DNA of 22,481 nucleotides, taken from an uncultured bacterium (GTDB lineage Bacteria; T1Sed10-126). Positions 1-7,652 of this stretch are shown here, in pieces (position 1 is the stretch's first letter; each line of letters begins with the position of its first letter). The notes beneath the pieces are model-generated. The model did not search any database. It was not told the DNA's origin and saw only the letters and a program-made list of their open reading frames with translations. The stretch is from assembly GCA_964566495.1 (NCBI GenBank), contig CAZMIT010000017.1, forward strand, positions 1-22,481, in the 5' to 3' direction. The translations under genes were made by a program, and so were the position numbers.

Positions 1-75
1 GGGGACGTAGTGTAGCGGTCTTAACACGCCTCCCTGTCAAGGAGGAGATCGCCGGTTCAAATCCGGTCGTCCCCG
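1..75 (+). tRNA. tRNA-Asp (GTC)
   Basis: Acceptor stem GGGGACG/CGTCCCC, D-stem GTGT/ACAC, anticodon arm CCTCC-CTGTCAA-GGAGG (GTC at 36-38), T-arm GCCGG-TTCAAAT-CCGGT, discriminator G75. Followed by CCT, so CCA is not fully encoded. Confidence 0.97.
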
Positions 76-200
76 CCTTTTTTATGTACCAATCCCGCTA
101 ATTAACAAGTCAATACAAAACAGAGAAACCGGCGATCTCAGGGAGTCTGAGGGAGTATCCCTCAGGATTTCAGGCACAGGAATGTGCCGTGGGGGAGCAG
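48..200 (+). repeat. 153-bp direct repeat, copy 1 (tRNA-Asp 3' half plus downstream flank)
   Basis: ATCGCCGGTTCAAATCC...GTGGGGGAGCAG reads identically at 260-412; offset 212 bp. Confidence 0.95.
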
Positions 201-269
201 TGAGCGAAAGCGAACGTCGAGGGGGAACATGTGTTCCCCCTTGAGGAGCAGGAGGCGACATCGCCGGTT
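127..269. mobile_element. Putative tRNA-linked, non-autonomous multi-hairpin element
   Basis: Closed by inverted repeat AACCGGCGAT (127-136)/ATCGCCGGTT (260-269), with internal hairpins at 147-165, 173-188 and 218-243. No mobility enzyme in the window. Confidence 0.4.
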
Positions 270-412
270 CAAATCCGGTCGTCCCCGCCTTTTTTATGTA
301 CCAATCCCGCTAATTAACAAGTCAATACAAAACAGAGAAACCGGCGATCTCAGGGAGTCTGAGGGAGTATCCCTCAGGATTTCAGGCACAGGAATGTGCC
401 GTGGGGGAGCAG
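260..412 (+). repeat. 153-bp direct repeat, copy 2 (includes tRNA-Asp 3' fragment 260-287)
   Basis: Identical to 48-200. Preceded by AGGAGGCGAC, which resembles the tRNA's AGGAGGAG. Confidence 0.95.
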
Positions 413-450
413 AGAACCCATTGATGACGGTGATTGGGTGGGTATTTTAT

Positions 451-472
451 TACGTCAAAGTATTTTGACGTA
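451..472. promoter_or_regulatory. Inverted repeat upstream of the GH94 operon (operator or hairpin)
   Basis: TACGTCAAA-GTAT-TTTGACGTA with perfect 9-bp arms, about 120 bp upstream of the GH94 ATG. Confidence 0.4.
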
Positions 473-591
473 GTGAGTGTAAAAAAATACCAATTTAGAG
501 GGGAGGACGGACAGGAGCCTTGATTGAAAAAAGATGGTAGGGGAAAATAAATAGAAATAAATTAGAACAGACAACTCTGGAGGTTGAGATT

Positions 592-2982
592 ATGCGTTAT
601 GGTTACGGTGATTTTGGGGATGACGGAGAATTTATAATTAAGGACCCGGACACCCCTTTACCCTGGACTAATTATCTTACTAACGGGGATTACTGTGCCC
701 TGGTAAGCCAGCACGGCGGGGGATTTTCCTTTTACGTTGACCCGGCCCGGCACGGAGTCCTGAGAAGGGAGATGTCCGGCTTGCGTCGGGATTGCCCGGG
801 GCGATTTTTTTACATTGTTGACGAGAAGAGGCAGGTCGTGTGGTCACCGAACCGGGTGCCGATGGATGTTCCGTTGAAGGATTACACCTGCACGCACCGG
901 CCCGGTTTCACTCGTATCAATTCCGTTTACCAGGAAGTTGAAGCTCAAATTGAATATTTTGTGCCGCCTGAGGAAGACCATGAAATCTGGTCGTTAAAGC
1001 TAAAAAACCTTTCTAACCGACCGCGTCATTTGCGAGTTGTGGCAGTTAGTGAGTGGCTAATGGGCAATACCGAACGTGATGCGACTGATAGGCAATGGGA
1101 CCAATTGTTTAAAGACGTCTGCTACGATTCGGAAAACGAGTTACTAGTTGGTAAAAAACGGCACTGGGAATCTCAGACCGGAGCTTCCCGCGAGATTATG
1201 GAGTGGCCCTACGCCACCTACATGACAGCGACCCGTACGCCGCAAAGCTGGGAGGCCAGCCGTGACGAATTTTTTGGCACTTACCGTGGCTATCATAACC
1301 CGCAAGCCCTTGAAGTATCTAAACTTGGTCAAAACAAGGTTGAGGGTGGTGATGCAGTAGGAGCCCTGGACTGGAAGTTGGAACTACCGGAAGAAGGCAG
1401 TGAAAAATTATCCTCGATAATCGGTGTTGTTGACCGTGAAGGTCTTGATTCGGTGGAGTGGGGAGATTATCAGAGCGAAAGCTACATCGACCTGGTCCGC
1501 GAGCAGACGGCAGATTTCTGGCAGCGTCGTTCTGAGCACGTCCAGGTATCGCTGCCCGATGAAGAGTTAGAAAAACTTGTAAACACCTGGCTACCCTACC
1601 AGGTGACGATTAACACCTGGTTTGGTCGTGCACCGTCTTTCTGGCACTCTTCGCAGGGTTACACGGGGTTTCGTGACGCCTGTCATGAATCTTTCGGGAG
1701 TGCCCCATTTGCTCCGGAGGACGCCCGTGAGAAGATAAAGCACATCCTCTCTTTTACTTTTGAGAGCGGTTTGAACTCGCACCGCACACCCAGGGGTGCT
1801 CGTGATTATGACGAGAGCGATAACGCCGACGATCCACTCTGGGTGCCCTTTGCTCTTGACGCTTATTTGCGCGAGACGGGGGACTGGGATCTGCTCGATG
1901 AGGAAGTAGGCTTTTTGGATTCAGAGGAGGAAGCAACTGTTCTCGAACACATGATCAACGGAATAGATTATGTCTTAACCCAGCGAGGAAAGCGCGGTCT
2001 GCCACTGATCCGTTACGGCGACTGGAACGACGCTCTCGACACGCTTGGCGAGGAGGGAAAGGGAGAGTCAGTATGGATTGGCCAATTTCTCTGTCTGGCA
2101 CTTGATCTGGCCGTTGATATTCTGCGCAAGTATGGATATGATCAGTCCAAAATTAAGGAATACCACCAGGAAAGTGAAGAAGTCAGGAAGACACTCTATC
2201 AGCAGTGTTGGGACGGCGAGTGGTTTTTGCGTGCTTTCACTGACGAAGATCGACCGATAGGAAGCAAAGACAACGATGCCGGTCAGTTGTATTTAAACAC
2301 ACAGACCTGGGCCGTGCTATCTGACACCGCCTCGCCGATGCGAGCGGAACAGGCCTTCGAGGCGGTGATGGAACGACTGGACACCCGCTGGGGACTCCGC
2401 TATTTTGCTCCCGCCTACCAGGAGTTAGATCCTGAAATTGGTGTTATAACCCAGTTTTACCCCGGGAAGAAGGAAAATGGTTCCATCTTCAGTCACGCCG
2501 CCGCCTTCGCGTTAGTTGCTCTTGCTCAGTTGGGCAGGCGCGAGGAAGCTTTTGATCTCTGGCGTAAAATCAGTCCTACCACTCATGCCGGTGCGGACGC
2601 CGATCTCTACCGTCTTGAGCCTTACGCTTACTGTCAGAACGTGACCGGACCGGACTCAGAGGATTTTGGGGAGGGCAACTATCACTGGCTCTCCGGCACT
2701 GCCTCATGGGTTTACAGAGCTGTGGTGGATTATATTCTTGGAGTCAGGCCAGGCTGGGACGGACTTAAAATTGATCCAGCCCTGCCGCCGGACTGGGAAA
2801 AGGTAACGGTTGAACGAGATTACCGGGGAAAGCGTTGGATTATCGATTACAACCAGGACCCCGGCGGTGAAGGGGAAATAGAAAGAATAGAGGTGGAGGG
2901 AAAAAAACACGACGGAAACTTAATTAAGCTGGCTGATTATGAAGATAAGGATGAAATTCACGTGGAGGTGTATGTAGCATGA
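592..2982 (+). CDS. GH94 glycoside phosphorylase (cellobiose/chitobiose phosphorylase-like), substrate uncertain
   Basis: 796 aa. N-terminal TPLPWTNYL, GFRD, catalytic-loop GDWND, KENGSIFSHA, WLSGTASW and DPALPPDW match GH94. GGAGG RBS upstream. Confidence 0.92.
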   Translation: MRYGYGDFGDDGEFIIKDPDTPLPWTNYLTNGDYCALVSQHGGGFSFYVDPARHGVLRREMSGLRRDCPGRFFYIVDEKRQVVWSPNRVPMDVPLKDYTCTHRPGFTRINSVYQEVEAQIEYFVPPEEDHEIWSLKLKNLSNRPRHLRVVAVSEWLMGNTERDATDRQWDQLFKDVCYDSENELLVGKKRHWESQTGASREIMEWPYATYMTATRTPQSWEASRDEFFGTYRGYHNPQALEVSKLGQNKVEGGDAVGALDWKLELPEEGSEKLSSIIGVVDREGLDSVEWGDYQSESYIDLVREQTADFWQRRSEHVQVSLPDEELEKLVNTWLPYQVTINTWFGRAPSFWHSSQGYTGFRDACHESFGSAPFAPEDAREKIKHILSFTFESGLNSHRTPRGARDYDESDNADDPLWVPFALDAYLRETGDWDLLDEEVGFLDSEEEATVLEHMINGIDYVLTQRGKRGLPLIRYGDWNDALDTLGEEGKGESVWIGQFLCLALDLAVDILRKYGYDQSKIKEYHQESEEVRKTLYQQCWDGEWFLRAFTDEDRPIGSKDNDAGQLYLNTQTWAVLSDTASPMRAEQAFEAVMERLDTRWGLRYFAPAYQELDPEIGVITQFYPGKKENGSIFSHAAAFALVALAQLGRREEAFDLWRKISPTTHAGADADLYRLEPYAYCQNVTGPDSEDFGEGNYHWLSGTASWVYRAVVDYILGVRPGWDGLKIDPALPPDWEKVTVERDYRGKRWIIDYNQDPGGEGEIERIEVEGKKHDGNLIKLADYEDKDEIHVEVYVA

Positions 2983-3797
2983 AGCTTTCAGAAAAAATTG
3001 AAAAGACGGTCAATTTTCTTGAAGAGGAGATAGATTTTCAGCCCGAGTTAGGTATGATCATGGGCTCCGGGCTGGGAGAACTTGGCGAGGAAGTGGAGTC
3101 GCCGACGACCATATCATATGAAGATATACCCGGTTTTCTGGCTTCAAAGGTTGAAGGACACGCCGGTCAGCTTGTGCTGGGGGAGCTTGAGGGGCGGAAG
3201 GTCTATCTCATGCAGGGTCGTTATCACTATTACGAAGGCCACCCGATACAGGATATTGTCTTCCCGGTCCAGGTGATGGAAGGAATTGGCTGTGAGACTA
3301 TGCTGGTCACCAACGCCAGTGGAGCAGTTAATGAACGCTTTTCTGTGGGCAATCTGGCGCTGCTGGTAGACCATATAAATTTTCTTGGCAACAACCCGCT
3401 AATTGGGGTGCACGACAAAGAGGTTGGTCCTCAGTTCGTAGATATGACCTACGCTTATGACCCCGAGCTGCAAGACCTTGCCCTAAAGAAAGCGTCCAAA
3501 CTGGGGATAACCCTGGAGGAGGCCGTTTACGTGGCTTCCATGGGTCCCTCTTATGAAACCCCGGCGACCGTGGAAATGTACCGTCGAATTGGTGGTGATC
3601 TGGCCGGAATGTCCACTGTACCCGAGGTTATAGCAGCCAATCATGTTGGTATGCAGGTGCTGGGATTATCCTGCATAACTAACATGGGAGCAGGTATTTT
3701 AGACCAGCCACTGGACCATGAGGAAGTGATTGAAACGACCGAACGAGCAAAAAGCAAGTTTAAAACCCTGGTCCGCGAGATCATACCCGAGCTTTGA
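2979..3797 (+). CDS. punA: Purine nucleoside phosphorylase (trimeric PNP-I/XapA family)
   Basis: GSGLG, GRYHYYEG, GPSYET, GMSTVPEV, ITNM and HEEV motifs. ATGA overlap with the GH94 stop. Confidence 0.93.
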   Translation: MKLSEKIEKTVNFLEEEIDFQPELGMIMGSGLGELGEEVESPTTISYEDIPGFLASKVEGHAGQLVLGELEGRKVYLMQGRYHYYEGHPIQDIVFPVQVMEGIGCETMLVTNASGAVNERFSVGNLALLVDHINFLGNNPLIGVHDKEVGPQFVDMTYAYDPELQDLALKKASKLGITLEEAVYVASMGPSYETPATVEMYRRIGGDLAGMSTVPEVIAANHVGMQVLGLSCITNMGAGILDQPLDHEEVIETTERAKSKFKTLVREIIPEL

Positions 3798-5563
3798 ATC
3801 CCGTCCGCGGCTGGGTAGAGGCTGACTTACCATGTAAAAAGGTAAGTGAATTGTCAGCAAGCGAGGATCTTCCGCGGCCGCTGGCTCGCTATTATCTGCG
3901 CCGTGACGGTGAAGATTTTAGCTCGAAGCGGGATAATTTCTCTGCCGATGAACAGCCCAGCTTTCACCAGCCCGTAGTTGGACTTTCGGAGGTGGCGCAG
4001 TTTCTGGCGTCTCTGCTGCGCGGCGGGGAGACGATAAATTTAGCCACAACTGCTTCGGCAACTGCTTATTTTTCTCTTTCGCTTGTCGGAGCGGCGATAA
4101 AAAAACTTGGCGGTAGTGTACGCTGTTGCAAGCACCCAGCAGATTTTAGCGCTCCCGGGCTTATTTTCTTGGATGGTAGGGCAAAACTTGAAGAAGCCGC
4201 TCCCAGTTTGAAGGAGGGGGAGGGTTTTGTGATCACTCCAGAGCTGCGGGAGGAACGATCATATCAGGAGGCGCAAGTTGTCCACTCACCCGGGGGAAGT
4301 ACTTCTCTACCGATTATTTCTTATCGAGTATGTGAGGCGGTAAGCCGTAAAATTTACGGGGCAGAGCTGCCTTCTTTTGTGGCTTTTGACCTGGAGACGA
4401 GCGGCAAGAGCCCACGCACTGCTGAAATCATTGAGATTGGCGCGGTCAAATACAGAAACGGCTGCGCGATTGAGGAATTTGAAACTTTTGTAAGTTCTGT
4501 TGATTCCATTCCCGCCAAAATATCGGAGTTGACCGGGATAGAAGATTCTGACCTGGAGGGGGCGCCGTCGCCCGAACAGGCGCTGCGACAGTTTAAAGAT
4601 TTTTTCTCCGATTACCGGTTAGTTGCTCACAACAAGGGATTTGACATACCGTTTTTAAAATATCACCTAAAAAAATATTGCGAAGATTCTTTGAACAATC
4701 CAACCGGGGATTCAATGCGTGCTGCCCAGTCATCTTTTCCCGGACTCCCCGGCTATGGATTAAGTGATGTAGCCGGACATCTTGGCGTTGAGCTGGAAAG
4801 CCATCATCGGGCGATGGATGACGCCCGGGCGTCCGGTGAGATTTACAAGTTAGCCCGGTGCAACACGCCGTCCCAGGTGCGAGAGGTGCTAAAGGCGCTG
4901 GCTGTTCCAGCATCGCTTGTCCTGGCAAGCGAGACTGACCTTTTCTCCGTCGACGAGCGTAGTCTTTTCAGATACGGCTACAGGCTGCTAAAAGAGGAGC
5001 CGGAACAGTTCCCCAAAAACCTGAAAGAGCTGGTAAAACCAGGTCTGGTGAGGTACCGGGGCTGGCCGCTTGATCTGCTGGTTAATATTCACTCGAATTG
5101 GGAGGAGTGGTCAAACCGGGAGCAGATAATCTTTATGACTGCCGGTAGCGATAAAAATTTTCTGGACGAGTTTGTCCCCGACAATGATAAACGCAGATAT
5201 TTCAAGCAATTATACGAGAAATGGATCGGTGAGCCAAAAAATGTTTATGATGTCGAGTTGGAACTGAGTCAGCTGAGTGAGATATTTTCGGAGCTCCCCG
5301 AAGTGACTCCGGCCAGCCCGCCTTTTACAGTTAAGCTCAGCGGGGTGCGGGTTATAAACAGTCGTTTACGGGAAAGTGCCGCCGGGAAATTTTATCAGAT
5401 TACCTTGGCTGACGGAGAAGAGTGGTTGACTGCCGTTTATTTTGGGGAGATTGAGGAGTGGAGTAATTTAGCTGTAGATAATGCGGTGGAGCTGGTAGGA
5501 ATTCCGGTAGCCGGTATTATTGAAGCACAGCAGCCGACCTTACAAATTATCGAGGAGGTGTAA
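3794..5563 (+). CDS. DEDDh 3'-5' exonuclease domain embedded in a degenerate RecJ-like scaffold with C-terminal OB-like fold
   Basis: Exo I FDLETSG, Exo II VAHNKGFD and Exo III HHRAMDDA are intact. Flanks resemble RecJ segments without the DHH catalytic residues. TTG start overlaps the PNP stop (TTGA). Confidence 0.8.
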   Translation: MNPVRGWVEADLPCKKVSELSASEDLPRPLARYYLRRDGEDFSSKRDNFSADEQPSFHQPVVGLSEVAQFLASLLRGGETINLATTASATAYFSLSLVGAAIKKLGGSVRCCKHPADFSAPGLIFLDGRAKLEEAAPSLKEGEGFVITPELREERSYQEAQVVHSPGGSTSLPIISYRVCEAVSRKIYGAELPSFVAFDLETSGKSPRTAEIIEIGAVKYRNGCAIEEFETFVSSVDSIPAKISELTGIEDSDLEGAPSPEQALRQFKDFFSDYRLVAHNKGFDIPFLKYHLKKYCEDSLNNPTGDSMRAAQSSFPGLPGYGLSDVAGHLGVELESHHRAMDDARASGEIYKLARCNTPSQVREVLKALAVPASLVLASETDLFSVDERSLFRYGYRLLKEEPEQFPKNLKELVKPGLVRYRGWPLDLLVNIHSNWEEWSNREQIIFMTAGSDKNFLDEFVPDNDKRRYFKQLYEKWIGEPKNVYDVELELSQLSEIFSELPEVTPASPPFTVKLSGVRVINSRLRESAAGKFYQITLADGEEWLTAVYFGEIEEWSNLAVDNAVELVGIPVAGIIEAQQPTLQIIEEV

Positions 5564-5567
5564 AAAA

Positions 5568-5810
5568 ATGAGTGAAGAAAAGGCCTTGATTGCTGTAGTG
5601 GACAGGGTAGTGGGAGACAAAGCAGTCCTTGAACTTGTTGAATCGCGCTATACTTTTGACTTTCCGGTGGAGTTACTTCCAGAAATTCACGAGGGAGCGG
5701 CGCTGGAAATTGATTTTGAGCTGCGGCCTGATATTGAGGAAGAGCGTCGGGAGCGAATTAGGAACCTCCAGGACCGTCTAATTCAACGGTCCAAAGAGGA
5801 GGAGGAGTAG
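5568..5810 (+). CDS. DUF3006-like small protein
   Basis: ATG at 5568 after GGAGGTG RBS. The pattern VVDRVVGDKAVLE...LLPEIHEG...EERRERIRNLQDRL fits DUF3006. Confidence 0.75.
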   Translation: MSEEKALIAVVDRVVGDKAVLELVESRYTFDFPVELLPEIHEGAALEIDFELRPDIEEERRERIRNLQDRLIQRSKEEEE

Positions 5811-5875
5811 CCGGGTTAATCGTTTTGTTTTGTCTGCGCGGCGAAAGAAAAAAATAAATCCGGTTTAAATACCAG

Positions 5876-5994
5876 GTCATTCCGGCGGGAGTGAAACAGA
5901 GATCCGTAACAATAGATTGCGGATCGGGGTCCGCAATGACGACCGATAGATCAAGTCCGCAATGACGACCGATAGATCAAGTCCGCAATGACGA
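5876..5994. repeat. REP-like GTCATT...AATGAC palindromic element with a 26-bp tandem expansion
   Basis: GTCATTCC at 5876 and hairpin ATTGCGGAT-CGGG-GTCCGCAAT (5916-5937). Unit GTCCGCAATGACGACCGATAGATCAA at 5929-5954 and 5955-5980, partial at 5981-5994. Confidence 0.85.
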
Positions 5995-6015
5995 AATCGT
6001 TGAAAGGTATTGCTG

Positions 6016-6053
6016 TGTGAAAAATTTCACTTCACGGCCGGACAGATTATGAT
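6016..6053 (+). promoter_or_regulatory. Palindromic operator (Rex-box-like) overlapping a putative sigma70 promoter for add
   Basis: TGTGAA-AAAT-TTCAC (6016-6030). Possible -35 TTCACT (6026-6031), 16-nt spacer, -10 TATGAT (6048-6053). Confidence 0.35.
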
Positions 6054-6128
6054 AAACTAATATGCCGCGAATGAACTCACTAAAACTTACCCCGTGATTA
6101 TATCAACTCATGAAAAGGATGATCCGGA

Positions 6129-7136
6129 ATGACTGAATCAAAAATTGAAGCGATAAAAAGTCTGCCCAAGATTGATCTGCATCTTCATCTGGACGGTGCA
6201 ATAAGGACCCGAACAATACTTGAACTGGGGGAAAAACACGGCGTGACGCTTCCGGCTGACAATGTTGAGGAGCTTTCCAAACACGTTCAAGTTCAACCAT
6301 CATGTCGCAGCCTGACTGACTTTTTGGCCTGTTTTGAGGTCTTTTATCCAGTGCTTCAATATCCGGACGCTGTTGAACGAATAGCCTATGAGTTGTGCGA
6401 GGATTTGAAAAAACAGGGAGTGGTTTATGCGGAGACGCGTTTTGCCCCAGTGCTGCTAACCGAAGAGGGGGCAAGCCAGGAAGAGCTGATACAGGCGGCT
6501 CTCGAAGGGTTAAAACGGGGCCGGAGTGAATTTGAAGTTCCTGTGAATTTAATTGTCTGTGCCTACCGTGGGACGCCACCGGAAGCCAGCGCAGAAGTTG
6601 TTGAACTGGCGCAAAAATATAGAGAAGAGGGAATAGTCGGGATTGATTTTGCCGGTGATGAAAGTCAGTATGACGCCCGGGAGCACATGGAGGCGCTGGA
6701 GCTGGCCCGGGAGTATAATTTGCCGCTTACCATTCACGCCGGTGAGGCCGGTGCTGTCGAAAATATCAGGGAAGCAGTTGAGCTTGGCGCCGACCGGATA
6801 GGTCATGGGGTACGACTGGAGGATGACCCGGAACTGCTGACCGAAATAGTTGATAAGGAGATACCGCTGGAGCAGTGTTTGACAAGCAATTTACAGACCC
6901 AGGCAGTCTCTGAAATAGCCGCGCACCCTTTTCCTGATTTTTATGAACAGGGTGTCAAGGTTACTATAAATACGGACGACCCCCGCATAAGTAGCACTGA
7001 TATTAATGATGAATTTTTGCTGGCGGCAGAGAGTTTTGATCTCGATATAGCCGATCTGAAAAGTGTCCTGCAAAATTCTGTAGAGGCCGCTTTTGTTGAT
7101 GAATCAACCCGCAGTCGACTGCGAAAAATAATTTAA
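6129..7136 (+). CDS. add: Adenosine deaminase
   Basis: HLHLDG, DFAGDE, HAGE, RIGHG, CLTSN and NTDD amidohydrolase motifs. Confidence 0.92.
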   Translation: MTESKIEAIKSLPKIDLHLHLDGAIRTRTILELGEKHGVTLPADNVEELSKHVQVQPSCRSLTDFLACFEVFYPVLQYPDAVERIAYELCEDLKKQGVVYAETRFAPVLLTEEGASQEELIQAALEGLKRGRSEFEVPVNLIVCAYRGTPPEASAEVVELAQKYREEGIVGIDFAGDESQYDAREHMEALELAREYNLPLTIHAGEAGAVENIREAVELGADRIGHGVRLEDDPELLTEIVDKEIPLEQCLTSNLQTQAVSEIAAHPFPDFYEQGVKVTINTDDPRISSTDINDEFLLAAESFDLDIADLKSVLQNSVEAAFVDESTRSRLRKII

Positions 7137-7165
7137 ACTTTAATTTGAATTAGAGGTGTATTGTC

Positions 7166-7597
7166 ATGGGAGAATTGTCTCAAAGTGATAAGGAGCTAAT
7201 TGAAGAGGCTTCGGAGGCTTTAAAGAATGCTTATGCACCTTACAGTAAATTCAGAGTAGGAGCAGCTGTAAGGACAGCACAAGGAGTTGTTTATCGCGGT
7301 TGTAACGTAGAAAATTCATCTTATGGGCTGACTAATTGTGCCGAGCGCACCGCAATATTCAAAGCCGTCTCCGAGGGAGAAAGAGAATTTGACAAGCTGG
7401 CTATAGTAGTGGAGTCAGCCGACGGCATTGGTACGCCCTGCGGTTCCTGCCGTCAGGTGTTGAGTGAGTTTAACCTGGCGATGGACGTTATTATGGCCAA
7501 TACAGCCGGTGAGGCCGAGATGCTGTCGGCGTCGGAACTGCTGCCCAAAAGCTTCGCCGCTGAGCAGCTGGAACAGGAAAAAGTTCATCCGAAGTAA
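7166..7597 (+). CDS. cdd: Cytidine deaminase (homotetrameric type)
   Basis: AYAPYSKFRVGAA, GCNVEN, CAERTA and PCGSCRQ zinc motifs. GAGGTG RBS. Confidence 0.96.
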   Translation: MGELSQSDKELIEEASEALKNAYAPYSKFRVGAAVRTAQGVVYRGCNVENSSYGLTNCAERTAIFKAVSEGEREFDKLAIVVESADGIGTPCGSCRQVLSEFNLAMDVIMANTAGEAEMLSASELLPKSFAAEQLEQEKVHPK

Positions 7598-7652
7598 ATT
7601 TTTTGTTGCCAAAAAGAGCAACTAACTTCAACGAAGGATTGAAAGTTCGAGC

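Noticed and set aside
84..101. Mini-ORF MYQSR right after the tRNA in both repeat copies, as a possible relic of a tRNA-linked GIY-YIG gene
   Set aside because: Only five codons, no RBS and no further similarity.
260..289. Second functional tRNA-Asp
   Set aside because: Only the T-arm and acceptor 3' strand are present; the 5' half and anticodon loop are missing.
184..468. 94-aa ORF across the tRNA repeat
   Set aside because: Runs through hairpins and the tRNA fragment, has no RBS or recognisable motif, and its basic composition is unlike the real genes.
3794..5563. PolC, DinG or plain DnaQ annotation
   Set aside because: No PHP/polymerase or helicase motifs; the flanks fit RecJ better.
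5929..5994. CRISPR array
   Set aside because: Units are contiguous with identical linkers, there are no unique spacers, and no cas genes are present.
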